Virus record (IMG/VR): IMGVR_UViG_2921473944_000001 | Span: 15,954-79,953 of that record | Direction: 5' to 3' (one strand) | Length of the DNA stretch: 64,000 nucleotides | From: a virus | Lineage: Duplodnaviria; Caudoviricetes | Part shown: positions 38,558-50,248 of the stretch, in pieces | Position numbering within the stretch: the first letter of the stretch is position 1 | How the letters are laid out: the number at the start of each line of letters is the position of its first letter | The notes under the pieces: generated by a model | Told to the model about the DNA's origin: nothing | What the model saw: the letters and a program-made list of their open reading frames with translations, nothing else | The model's database searches: none | Translations under genes and position numbers: made by a program

Positions 38558-38785
38558 AATAGTTCACCTTCCTTTCATAATAGGAGTTGTAATGTTCGCG
38601 TCTACTTCAGTTCATTAGTTTTCTTAATGCATTTAGCCGCATTCTTACAAATATGATAGTGCTCACAACTTACTCGAATATCCTTAACCTCGTTGGACAA
38701 AAATACATTGCATTCAGCGATGACCGGTTTAATCTTAGTACAGTGATCACAAACCCCTTCCAGAAAGCATCCGTCGAGTTTAATA

Positions 38786-39538
38786 TTAGTCATTTGGTTT
38801 CTCCTCTCCTATAATCAATTCAGAATATGGCAGTGACTCAATCCACTTACAGAACTCGCACCATTCATCCAACTTATGATTCTTCCTGCTGTAATACATA
38901 TTAGCCAGAACCTCATAGTTTAACATAACATTACGAGTCTGGTTATAGCTGCTCGGAAGAAGCTGAATCATCTGCCACCAGCATTCTTTTTTAGTCGGAA
39001 TGTAAGTGTCGTTCCAACCACTGTTAGCAAAGTATAAATTTCGTTCCCCGTCTGATTTACAGTTGAAAGCATCTCTCCAGAAATTTAATTCGCGAATACT
39101 TTCATTGAATAATTTCATTGTGCTTTTTGTTAAATGATCACAACTAAAATCATCTACTGTAAACTCTTTCGCCTGAATCTTATGCATAGTACTGCAAGAG
39201 TTCGCAACAGTACCAACCTTATACGTATCAAATTCTTTCCACCAATATAACGGCGCCGTAATTCTCACATACACCGGCATCATCCTCATGAACTTTCTAT
39301 GATCTGTACCCGCTTTTGCTAACCGCTGCATGAGCGAGTGGTCGTTTTCGCCTAATACATATCTTTGAGTATTACCACACCATTCAGGGCTAAATGCACA
39401 ATGACCTGAACACAAACCGGAATCGCAACCATAACCACTGTTGCTCTTCTCCCAGCTATTCATCGGATTACGCATTCCTTCAATAATAAATTCCATCTGC
39501 TCCGGACTTGCCAGAACTACATTTTCTAATTTAATCAT
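38786..39538 (-). CDS. ThyX-like (flavin-dependent thymidylate synthase-related) protein
   Basis: HRKFMR..I.APLYWWKEFDTYKVG..SCSTMH..QLLPSSY..R..H...EW; canonical RHRxxS motif absent. Confidence 0.5.
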   Translation of the reverse strand: MIKLENVVLASPEQMEFIIEGMRNPMNSWEKSNSGYGCDSGLCSGHCAFSPEWCGNTQRYVLGENDHSLMQRLAKAGTDHRKFMRMMPVYVRITAPLYWWKEFDTYKVGTVANSCSTMHKIQAKEFTVDDFSCDHLTKSTMKLFNESIRELNFWRDAFNCKSDGERNLYFANSGWNDTYIPTKKECWWQMIQLLPSSYNQTRNVMLNYEVLANMYYSRKNHKLDEWCEFCKWIESLPYSELIIGEEKPND

Positions 39539-40667
39539 TCACAATATCCTCCAAGTTCAATGTTTACGATTTCATCAGCATCGATTTCCAAAATTTCCAC
39601 TTCAATATCAGACATATCATCAACAATAGTCATCCACCCTCTTGCAATTTCTTTTTTGTAGAGTTCCTTGATTATTAAATCTTTAGCTGCTTCTGCTGTA
39701 TCTTTTTTCGTATAAATACCAAAAATATTTTCGATATGACCATAACCATCATAATAAGTGTTTCCGTGAACCACATATAACATCATTAATCTTCATCCTC
39801 CATTTTCTTTTTCAGTTCATTACGTGCATATGTACATGCCGAATCATTTTCGCAGCAAATAATAGTATCGTGTTCTGGAAAAGTCGTATAACCTTTATCA
39901 GAAATATAGGGTTTAAAATAACGACAATTTTGACAATATGGTTCAACAATCACCCTAATCATCTATCTCATTGCCTCCAATACAATTTCTTTCTTACATT
40001 GAGGACAATTTATGTACGTACTGCCTTTCGCGATACCAGGAAATCCACCTGTATGAACTGTTGTCTTAGCTCTAATATCCTCTTCCTCAAAAGAAAATAA
40101 GCAGCCACAATAATCACAACGCTTCTCCTGTCTCGTCCCTGGTTTAATAATTTTAATCATCTCTTTTATTCCCTTTCTTTAAACGCTTCCGCTATTCTCT
40201 CAAGATTCTTAAATAAGTTCTCGAAGGAATCACGTTTCGTATCAAAGCAATATAGCTCCGATTTGTCTTTTGTTTGATCGTCTGTAAAACTAAAATATAA
40301 ATCACAACCCAGTGGCGCTCTTGTCATACATAACCTAAGACCATGCGCGATGGCAACCGATTCAAATTGACTTAAGAAATCATAAACATCCATTTTGCAT
40401 TCCTCCTTTATTTTTTTCTAATAATTGGTGAGATGTCTCCCACCAATTAATAACGGGTGCCATAACGGCTGCTTCAAAATCAGCTTTAAAGTAATCTATC
40501 TCATCGTCGCTTATGGCATGTGTAAAAATTGGACCATACCCTAAACCATAATTAACGTCGTAAATTCGTATTCTCCACATACCACAAGGCATACAAAGAT
40601 GCTCTAATGTAAAAATCAAATTGCTATGTTTTTCAAAAAACTCTTTAATCATTTTCTACTCCTTTCT

Positions 40668-42936
40668 AAAAATAAAAGAGAGCCTTAGCCGAATATAGCC
40701 AAGACCCTCTGTCCTGTTAAAAACCAATTTCTTTATATCCTTGAATAAATGCTACTGCCATTTCACGATTACGCCACATCTCCTTTCTAATCAGCTCATT
40801 ATAGCGAAGAGTCTCGTTAGCGTCATTTAACATTTTTTCATCTCCTGTTAATTTAGCCGCTACCTTAGCCCCCTCTAAAAAACGGTTGATCTCTTTTAGT
40901 TTTTTGTAAGCTTTAATACGTTCAAACATAAGTATCATCTCCTCCTTTTGGTTTTCTCATTAGAGGCTTTGTTTTAATCGCGAATTATTGTTCAAGAAGA
41001 ATACTATCCAGTAAACGTTTCATAGCATTGGTGACATACGCATCTTTATCTACCATATTATCAAGCTCTTCATAAGGAAATACGTGTCTTAAGCATCTAC
41101 CACTACTGTGATCAAATATACGGACACCAGTAGACTTTAAATCATCATAACGATCAAAACTAATAGAAACACCATACTTTCTGCACAGTTCTATAATCTC
41201 TAACATAAACATCATTCCCCCAAATCGATATACTCTAATGAATCGACATACTCTTGACTCCAGAACCAATTAGTAAATGGACTCTTACTCCAGTATTTTG
41301 CCGAATATACAATTTTATTCCAGTTATAAGCCTTCTCTATAACTTTTGATCTCGTATTATCTTCATATTCACTATTAACACATTCTATCTGTTTAATAAT
41401 AGACTCGCGTTGCATATGTGCTTTGTAAATAGATACATCGACTCCAGTATGTCCTATAATAATAACTACAACTACAATGAATGTTGCAAGTCCGCCTAAT
41501 AACATACAGACAAGGCCACCAACGTCAAGATCGTAATACTTACAGCTATCCTCAAACTTATAATGCAAAATAGCACCAGCAATCGTTACAAATATACATA
41601 ACAAAGTTATAACCATTTATTCTGTCTCCTTTACAATTCCTAAAAATCTTACAGTCTCATCTCTAAGACACACCCAGTATCTCTTTCCTTTATATACAAC
41701 TTCATCACCGTCATAGTTATAATCCTTGTCCGGCTCGGAAGCATATGCTAATATCATTACTTTCGTAGTATTATTCATCTTTCCAATTCTCCTTATCAAT
41801 AAACGGCTCGATTCTTTTGTAAACGTCACGCGGTACAAGATTCTTATACCCCCAGTCAAATAGGTTAAATAACGTCTTATAATATGATTCGATACATTCA
41901 TAACCGATACGCTTGTTACACTGATCTTCCAGCATAGCTGCATAGTCATGTTTGGCTATTGCATTCAATATAATTATATGATTTTATAGGTGTTATTGTT
42001 TTTTAAATATAAAATAACCGGTGCTATTAATATAAATATGTTAATAAATATCATCTCTATCCCCCTTATGCTGACAGAAGGTCTTTAATACCCTCAAGTA
42101 ATTCCTCTTTGTCATCTTTGGCTTTCTTATCCTTCTCAACCGCTACATCTAACGCTTCTTTTGCTTTAAGAACTTTATCTTTGTTTGTAAACAACGTGTC
42201 AATAGCTTCGTACTTAGCTACAGCGTCATCACGTTTCTTGTCAGCCGCCTCAATTTTCTTAAGGCACTCCTCGCGGATACGATTAATCTCTTCCTTACAC
42301 TCAAGACGAACACGAACTACTTCTGCCTCCGCGTTACTCTTAACTCTCTCGGCATCACGACATACATCGTCATTTGCTTTAGCCACACGATCTGCATGAA
42401 ATTTAGCGAATGTCTCCTGATCCATTTCTTTAAGTCTCTGAGAATATGCAGTCTTAGCTTCTGCATCAGCCTTAGCCAATTCCTCACGCATTTTAATATC
42501 TTTAATACGTTCTTCTTCAGCAATGCGATTAAGCTTAGTCTGATGAATCTTCTTCTCTTCCTTACGCTCAATATGTCCAGCTGCCCAGTAACATCCCGCC
42601 CCTCCAGTAAATACTGCACTGCCTACTACCATCATCCATTTTCCGATTTCTTTAATTTTAGCTGTGTTCATCATAATCTGTTATCTCCTTTTCACCCCAT
42701 TATTTTTGAGAATAGTTTCAAGATCGTGAATAATTTCCTGCTGATGATTCACAATTCCAATAAGCTCGTTTACTTTAATAACAAGCATTTTGTCGGTATG
42801 CCCATATTCATCAGCTACATACCATTCTTTGTTTAAGCGTTTTACTTTTCGTTTATTAGCCATGGCTCCTCCTTTCTACGCTTGAGAAATAAAAGAGAGT
42901 CTTAGCCAAATATAGCCAAGACCCTCTGTCCTGTTA
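40668..42936. repeat. About 50-bp direct repeat pair of terminator junctions (about 40670 and 42887)
   Basis: aaataaaagagag(c/t)cttagcc(g/a)aatatagccaagaccctctgtcctgtta, 2 mismatches. Confidence 0.85.
41771..42054 (-). pseudogene. Membrane-anchored protein gene with apparent 1-nt deletion
   Basis: ATG 42054 with AAGGGGG RBS gives MIFINIFILIAPVILYLKNNNTYK; one extra A in the A4 run (41982-41985) joins it to NHIIILNAIAKHDY... Confidence 0.5.
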
Positions 42937-43210
42937 CTTATGAAACTTTACTCCTCTTCTTTGGAGTTTTCTGGTTCACCCCATTCATATCGACCACTTT
43001 TCTTTTTTGGCTCGTCATCATCTGAGAGTTTATCGACTGTATGATCTAAAACCACGCCAACTGCCGCACACACAAACATGTCGACAGCCTTAGCTACTGC
43101 TTTACCCATACACAACCCAAAACCTACAGCAAACGCCGCTTTTCTTAATCCTTTTGTGTTCAATACTACATCGTATTTCTCCATAATTGTTCTCCTTTCA
43201 AAATAAATTT

Positions 43211-44040
43211 CTAAGTATCCATAACAGCCCTTGTATTTTTCGCGTAGAAATAATAATCAACGTACTCTTTAGCAATATCAAGATACTCGCTAGGATAACA
43301 TCCAAGATTACCAGTAAATACCCCAGCGTCGATTTTCCAGTTTGATCTATATAGACCAAGTTGCTCCCATTTAGATAAATATGAATGACTCTCAGACTCT
43401 GGGATTGAATCCTGTACCAGGTCGATAACTTCTCGTACAGTCCATAAATCACATAATACGAACTTTATACACATTCTGAAAAATGTCTTTTCTTTATCGG
43501 TCATAATACTCACCTCACTTTATAACAATTTTGTGCTTTCCTGATGAATTTCTTAATACCTTTAATCCGGCTGATTTAATATCTCCGATCTGCTCATTGT
43601 AGCTAATAATCTGACGCGTACAACCATGTATATAATTAGCGTACATTTTATCGAGATATTCTTCATACTCAGCTTTTCGCGAATAAATCTCCATCTTCAA
43701 GCTATCTTTAAACGCATTGGTAGATTTATATGCATCCATATAATCAGTTAACATATCAATAAAATTATTCATAATATATATCTCCTTATTTTCTAACTAT
43801 TCTTAGTTTGCAATAGTCCTGATCGTTATCGGTGTAAACAACTTTATACCTATCATATAGTCCTCTATATATCAGATATTTATATATAGCATCAAGCAGA
43901 CCATTTTCATTACTTTCATACGATCCACCTATATCAGCACCATGTCGTACGGCTTGCTCTAAAATATCATTAATCAAATCTATCTCTGTATCGAATGAAT
44001 TTAATGGTGTAGGTACTAACTTTTCATACTCTTCTGACAT
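43211..44040 (-). other. Three hypothetical proteins (43211..43513, 43515..43772, 43786..44040)
   Basis: Packed ORFs downstream of the helicase. Confidence 0.55.
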
Positions 44041-44055
44041 AATCCATATTTCCTT

Positions 44056-45291
44056 TCATTTCTTATCTATGAATTTACGCTCATTGAAATTTTTCTTCTG
44101 TGACAAAGCTCGAGATATAGCTAAGTCGATATTAGAACGAGACTTCAAATGATAGTAATATAAATCGATGTATGGTGTATTAAGTCTGTCTATACGTCCA
44201 CATGCCTGCAGTAACGTTTTATAGCTGTAAGTCTGAGAGAAAAATACAATGCAATCAGTCTTAATGCAGTTAAAACCTTCAGCACCCGAACTGTAATTGA
44301 CTATATACACCCATCGTTCTGTCTCCGGTATTGCTTCATGAGCATGTCCTGAATATTCAGCAACAGCTACGTCTTCTCCGTAATAAAGATTCTTTAAAAT
44401 ATCGCGTTCATAATCATACGAGTAAAATATAATCATTCTTGGATGTTCTTCAAACAGCTCCAGCAATTTTACTTGACGAGACACATCAGAATTAACAATC
44501 TTACGGAGAATATAACATAGCACAGAGGCTTGGGATATTGGCTCTTTCTTGAATGGATCAAAACGTGTCTTCATGACTTCTTTGTAAAACGGTTTATCAT
44601 ATTCGACCCAAACATCTTCATGATGCGGTATCGTGTGTCTTCTAAAATCCATATTTATAAGAATTCTATCTCTCAGACGAATAAGCCTTGTTTCATTTCT
44701 ATACCCTGTCACACTTGGATAGCTAGTATAACGTGAATATATAAGATGATTATCTCTGAATTCTGTACGATTACGAAAGAAACCGTTAGCCACAAATACA
44801 GTTTCGTAGTCTTGCCAAGTATCACCTGGGCTTGCTGATAATATGATCCACTCATTATACTTAGCAATCTTAAGAAAAGCCTTACACCAAGCCCCTTTTC
44901 CAGTAACCTTATCCTCGTCAAATATAAAGAACGCATCCTTAATATCTTGATATTTTTTAACACATTGCCAACTATCTATCACTACCAAATTACCATACAT
45001 TCCAGTCACATGTGTCTTCTTATCGGGATATAACAGAAATGGTGTAAGCTCTTCTTCCCACTCCATATCGTGTTTTTTCTTAGCGGTTGTTATAATATAC
45101 AAGTCCGGTGGATTCTTAGACATAGGCTTATAGGTATGATATCCTAAATACCCGCCATATGTACTGAAGTAGTAATATAATGACGTTCTACTCTTACCGC
45201 TACCAGTACCACCGTTAAGAATACAACCAGTAAACATTCGGTCTATAGCTTGCTGCTGGTGTGGATATAAGAAATCAGTCTTCCTTGTCAT
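44056..45291 (-). CDS. SF2 (SNF2/DEAD-like) helicase
   Basis: GGTGSGKS, FDED, LSASPG, GAEGFN, QACGRIDR; start refined to 45291. Confidence 0.9.
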   Translation of the reverse strand: MTRKTDFLYPHQQQAIDRMFTGCILNGGTGSGKSRTSLYYYFSTYGGYLGYHTYKPMSKNPPDLYIITTAKKKHDMEWEEELTPFLLYPDKKTHVTGMYGNLVVIDSWQCVKKYQDIKDAFFIFDEDKVTGKGAWCKAFLKIAKYNEWIILSASPGDTWQDYETVFVANGFFRNRTEFRDNHLIYSRYTSYPSVTGYRNETRLIRLRDRILINMDFRRHTIPHHEDVWVEYDKPFYKEVMKTRFDPFKKEPISQASVLCYILRKIVNSDVSRQVKLLELFEEHPRMIIFYSYDYERDILKNLYYGEDVAVAEYSGHAHEAIPETERWVYIVNYSSGAEGFNCIKTDCIVFFSQTYSYKTLLQACGRIDRLNTPYIDLYYYHLKSRSNIDLAISRALSQKKNFNERKFIDKK

Positions 45292-45664
45292 TAAGAATCT
45301 CACCTCTAAAATAATCAGTAGCGTATGGTTTATGCTGGAATGCACTTCTGGCTACGGGTAATACTCTCGAATTAACCATATTGGCTCTTTTTCTATCGGA
45401 TATCGTTTCGCATATCGCCTTTTTGCTACCTTGTGTTGTGTCAAAATTCAGTCTACTCATCTCCATATCCTCCCAGTGTTCTTTGATTTGATTGTGATTC
45501 TCCCTTCGATATGGAAACCTGACAACTCACAAATAGTGAATATAGTATCTAGTAGTTTCTGAAATTTAGCACTCTCATCTTCTGCTGCTTTAATAGCTTT
45601 ATATGCTGTAGGATCAGAATAACCCTCTGCGTTTTTTCTTAAGTTATCGCTCATCTTGCTTCTC

Positions 45665-46297
45665 CTAATCAAGTAATTCTGTATCTATAATCTGGAAATT
45701 TGCTCTGTGAATATAAAGAGGTTTTCCATCTATCATAAGTTTTGTCATTTTAGGTAAATCATCTGGGATCTCCCAGTATACTTCATCACCAGAATATGCT
45801 GTAATAGGTTGACCGAGCTGCGATTTAATTACCACAACACGACTTTTACCAAACATGTTTTTATATTTATTAACGACACCAGTAATACTAGTCCAATCGG
45901 TAATACTGCCTGCATAACTGTAAATATCATTCTGACTGAATACTGTATCAGGCCGTAATCCGTTTCCTTCAAATATACATGTATCACCACAGCTCTGGAT
46001 CTGCTCACCATCGATATTAATCGTAATAACTGATGATAATTCGTATCCAGTAATGACTTCACCATCGCTGCTGTATGATGTTGTTTCTACTGGATTACCA
46101 ACAATATTTATTCGATCTCCGGTAGCCGTCATAACAATGCTTCCATAATTATCGTACGTACGAATCGTATAGCTATTACCGATCAGATCGCCTTTAATAT
46201 CGTTTAGTTTCGAATCGAGAATAGCGCATCCCGAAATACTGAATACCATTAACATCATTAGAATTACTGCTGTCAGTTTTTTAATATTTTTCTTCAT
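45665..46297 (-). CDS. Lipoprotein, DUF5052-like
   Basis: Lipobox ISGC; TYDNYG, QSCGDTCIF, IKSQLG.PI.AYSG. Confidence 0.65.
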   Translation of the reverse strand: MKKNIKKLTAVILMMLMVFSISGCAILDSKLNDIKGDLIGNSYTIRTYDNYGSIVMTATGDRINIVGNPVETTSYSSDGEVITGYELSSVITINIDGEQIQSCGDTCIFEGNGLRPDTVFSQNDIYSYAGSITDWTSITGVVNKYKNMFGKSRVVVIKSQLGQPITAYSGDEVYWEIPDDLPKMTKLMIDGKPLYIHRANFQIIDTELLD

Positions 46298-46354
46298 TAG
46301 TTTTCCTCCAAATATAAAAGAGGCTCTCTTAACAGAGGGTCTCTTGCTTTTATC

Positions 46355-47011
46355 TCATGGCTTGTTATCAGCGTTTACCACAATATAGCCGTCTTTGCTA
46401 CACCACATAACTTTGTCTGATAGAATATCTTCTGAACTAACTACACCACTGTCATAATTCACCTCATGTACCATAAATTTAAGTTCTTCAACAATATCAT
46501 AGTCACAGTCAGGAATTATCATGAGTTCATGTATAGATGAAGGTATCACAAAGTAGTTGTATCCAAGAGAATCGCCAATCGTCTTGCGTACGTTATGATT
46601 CGCTATACAGCCAGCGCCATATATGTGTTTTATATTTGTAATAGCAAATAGTCGCATAACCTGTGGATCAATAGATAAACGTTTACCATATAGATTAGAT
46701 GTCATCGCTGTTGATTTTTCTAAAAATGAACGAATGTCTGTAATATCAAAGAGTAATAGTGCTTCTTTATTCATTGCTGCCAACGCATCACGATACAGCT
46801 GGTTTACAGTAATCCCCCAGTAATTCATAATACCATTGTTGACATTGAACGAATACAGGCCCTCACCATCTGAGCCAATATTTACTGCGAAATATCCAGC
46901 CCAGTCACCTACATATATCACTGGTAAAGCTTTAATGCGTTCTGGTTTAAGTTCAGGATCACACAAACGAATTTCCAATCTATCTTTGCAATCTTCGTAT
47001 CCAATCAACAT
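46355..47011 (-). CDS. DUF5688-like protein
   Basis: YGAG..FVIPSSIHELMIIP..VHEVN..ILSD; start refined to 47011. Confidence 0.65.
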   Translation of the reverse strand: MLIGYEDCKDRLEIRLCDPELKPERIKALPVIYVGDWAGYFAVNIGSDGEGLYSFNVNNGIMNYWGITVNQLYRDALAAMNKEALLLFDITDIRSFLEKSTAMTSNLYGKRLSIDPQVMRLFAITNIKHIYGAGCIANHNVRKTIGDSLGYNYFVIPSSIHELMIIPDCDYDIVEELKFMVHEVNYDSGVVSSEDILSDKVMWCSKDGYIVVNADNKP

Positions 47012-47025
47012 AATGACTCCTCCTT

Positions 47026-49269
47026 TTATTCTTCCTGTTCTTCTATTCTTACACGACCTCTCTCCCATAAATCTTCTCGCAATTTATCCATATCCAATTC
47101 ACCTGATTCCCATTTTTTATAATAATCAATTACGTGTTCCGTGAACTTTGGAATCTTATCTGAATATGTTTTCTGCCAGTAATGATCCATGAGTACTTCC
47201 ATAGGTAATGTAAGCATCAGAACCATAGATGTACGTACTGCATCTTCTGTTGCTTCTTTTTTAACACGCTTAAGCTCTGTAGCAATCTTTTCGTTTACCA
47301 TAGCTTCGAGCTGCTCTTCCGTTAAATTGTAAGTAGCTGTCTTGTTTTTCTCTCGCTCAGCTCTACGCCTCTCCGCTCTCGTCATTTGAATCCCCACCCT
47401 TTACATTGTTACATCTTTCAATACAAATACAAATTCTACTAATAATACTTGATACTGACATGTAAATAAGAAGCGTGTACAGCATAAGTTCGATAAAAGA
47501 AATAAAATTCATCGTCTCTTCTCCTCCACAAATTCTCTTAATAATTTCTTAGCCGCTTCAACACCCTGGTTATAACGCACATTCATCGCGTTATTGCCTG
47601 GTAGTTTAAGCTTGTTTAACTCTACAAGGACTTGTAAATATTCTTGTTTTTTCATACTACTTACCGCCTTTCTTTTTGTCCGGAGTGTAATTGATCGGCT
47701 TGTGTGAATATTCATTTACTGCCTGACCAAGACACTCGTTACAAGGTTCTTCATCCTGCGCACACTCAGCCGATTTACATGTTGGACAATACTGCTCGAA
47801 ATATACGATCTTGTCAATAAAGTCCATATCACTCACCTCCTTCATCAATATGCACATCGGCGTTCTTTGCAGCATCACCTAATGAAATACACAGTAGTGT
47901 TATGATAATTCCGCAAAGGAATCCAATACCTGCTCCTACTAAAACCATCGTTATCACCTCCTAAAATATAAAAGAAAAAGCCCAAGCGTTATGCCTGAGC
48001 CTTCTTAAAATAATCACATGTTATCTCTGATACTAAATACGCCCTATATCTACGTAAAAACTCATACAGCACATAATCAGTTGTAAGTCCACTGAGTATG
48101 CGATTTGCAAAGTCGTCAACCCACATAGTAAATCCTAAATCATCACGCGTTGTGATGTCGATTCGCAATGTGTTGTCTTTAACCCCACAATACACATGAC
48201 CATAGACCCTGTCCTTGATTTTGTTATACAATTTCTTCGTAAATACTATTTCATATTCGTTCATCCTAATATAATCCTCCTTCATTATTTTCATAAAAGA
48301 AGATGTTATTTGCGCGAACATTTAAATCGATATATAGGTATGAGCCACTTACCATTGACCTTCGTTGCTCCTGGATATAGTCCTTTTCTACAATTCATGC
48401 GTATCGTAGCTACTGGTACCCCTAATTTTTGAGATAGCTCTACCGAAGAAACCATACCGGACGGAACGTTCCCCGACACTTTCTTTTTCTGCTTTACAGA
48501 TGCATTCGTAATCTTTTTCACGAGTTCCGAAGCATAATAATTTGCCATTTCCATGGGATTGGTTGTATCGATAATGTCGTATCCGGAAAATATATCGCCA
48601 ACCAGTTTAGTATGATTTGTTTTGTCTGACTTACGCTCACGCTCTGCTTTCTGCTGAAATTTCTGTGCTTCAGTCATAGGCCGATAGCATGACATATCAA
48701 TCCTACATGGATCAAGTGGTTCTGGATAATTACAGCCACGTGGGTTATTCCAGCCATATCTACAATGATCGCACTTTTCAAATCTAGGCATTTTTTTCAG
48801 CACCTCCGTTGTCTTCCCAACTATAATCATTAAAAGGATGGTCTAAAAATATAATGTTTTCTGGATGCACCATATGAATATGCCCATTCTCTAATTCTAC
48901 TATTGCTTCACCTTCGCCACTCCATCTATGGAATAACGCGTTCTTATAATTATCGGATTTCTTTATTTTCGCCTTGCAAGGTCTTAATTTATTCTCTACA
49001 CTTACTACCCAACTCATTAGTAACCTCCTTTACAGATATGTAAATATAACGTATATCGCTGTTATAACAAACATAATGAACGCTAGTATGTTTATAATGG
49101 TGATAATGTATAAAAATATATTTTCACCCTTTGTAAATTTTTTGCAAGCGAATCTTAATTTATCCATCGTGTCAAGACTCGCCGTATATAGATGACCAAG
49201 CGTTTCAAGTACAAATGCGATAACAACCAGTGTCAATGTGATCTTAATAAGCATCTCTATAACCCCCAC
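47026..49269 (-). other. Small hypothetical proteins incl. Zn-finger-like 47657..47830 and HTH-tailed 48306..48830
   Basis: Packed minus-strand ORFs; YCPTC..PCNEC is paralogous to an unlisted ORF at about 34068-34222. Confidence 0.55.
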
Positions 49270-49574
49270 TCACCAATCGGTTCACCAACTGTTCCAGCAG
49301 ACTCATCACTATCTGTCGGTTTGAAATATGCCCCCTCTAACTGAGGATACATGAACTCAAACATAAGATAATTTGCCGCATCTACTAAATATTCTGTGTT
49401 TTTTGTTTTCTTATACTTCTTGATACACAACTCATGTGTAGCTAATGCATCAACAAGTTTGTCTTCAAAATTTGTTCGAGCCGGTCCATATTTATGAAAG
49501 CTAACCTCGACTCTATTTTTTCTAAGAGCATCGAATCTATCTGAATACTCTTTTTTCATGTTTGGTATTGCCAT
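49257..49574 (-). CDS. Helical MazG/dNTP-pyrophosphatase-like phage protein
   Basis: FHKYG..EYLVDAANYLMFE. Confidence 0.45.
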   Translation of the reverse strand: MAIPNMKKEYSDRFDALRKNRVEVSFHKYGPARTNFEDKLVDALATHELCIKKYKKTKNTEYLVDAANYLMFEFMYPQLEGAYFKPTDSDESAGTVGEPIGEWGL

Positions 49575-49579
49575 TTTTG

Positions 49580-49960
49580 TTACTCCTTAACTTTTAAATA
49601 TAAAAATTCGTCACCAGACTCGTATATACCGAGCCCGCATAACTCTGCTTTGTCGACATGAGTAATGACACTATCTGACATTTTGTGTGTCTTAACACCC
49701 TTATATCGCCCACCACAATAAATTTTTCCACGATCTTGAATAATCTGTTTAAATAGTTCGTTCGTTACATTTACTGTAGCCAACATAACGCTTCCTTCTT
49801 TATGTAATGTCGCGACTCCCAATACTAATTCAGGATTTTCAAATTTATAATCCCAAGCCACTGGTATTTTTTCAGGAACGTTTAATTCAGTGGATTCGTG
49901 TATTACAAAATTATTATGACTAACACGATCATATACAAGTACTGGTCCTTCCAATGTCAT
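49580..49960 (-). CDS. Degenerate prohead-protease-like protein
   Basis: KIPVAWDY..NPELVLGVATL aligns with KTVPVVWNH..DPNAVLGHAVL of the capsid protease. Confidence 0.5.
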   Translation of the reverse strand: MTLEGPVLVYDRVSHNNFVIHESTELNVPEKIPVAWDYKFENPELVLGVATLHKEGSVMLATVNVTNELFKQIIQDRGKIYCGGRYKGVKTHKMSDSVITHVDKAELCGLGIYESGDEFLYLKVKE

Positions 49961-50084
49961 GTTGTTTACCTCCTCCCAGTAAATACTGTATTCACATTCT
50001 CAGCTATCGTAAATAATGTGTGTACAATAAATATAAAAAGAAAAGACCAGATTAAGATTACTCCTAACCAGGTCTTTCTCAAAA

Positions 50085-50207
50085 CTATTTGTGGTTTTCA
50101 ATTCGTACCTTACAGATATCGCCAACCATAGTCCCTAACGTTACAATACCGGCTGCAATAACCCAACCAGGCACCTTAATTGTTTTGTCTCCTCTTTTGA
50201 ATTCCAT
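50085..50207 (-). CDS. 40-aa membrane peptide (own cassette)
   Basis: MEFKRGDKTIKVPGWVIAAGIVTLGTMVGDICKVRIENHK; promoter 50237, AAGGAG RBS, terminator 50036. Confidence 0.6.
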   Translation of the reverse strand: MEFKRGDKTIKVPGWVIAAGIVTLGTMVGDICKVRIENHK

Positions 50208-50248
50208 AATGTTACTCCTTTCTAACTTTAAATAGTTTCATAACAGCA

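Larger units (their letters stand above)
39535..43184 (-). other. Run of small hypothetical, membrane and coiled-coil proteins
   Basis: ORFs 39535..39786, 39963..40160 (Zn ribbon), 40166..40393, 40380..40652, 40717..40938, 40985..41269, 41212..41616, 41617..41778, 42066..42674, 42681..42863, 42948..43184. Confidence 0.6.

Noticed and set aside
41995-42006. A-AAA-AAC -1 slippery site as explanation of the 41771-42054 split
   Set aside because: A -1 shift there meets TAA within two codons
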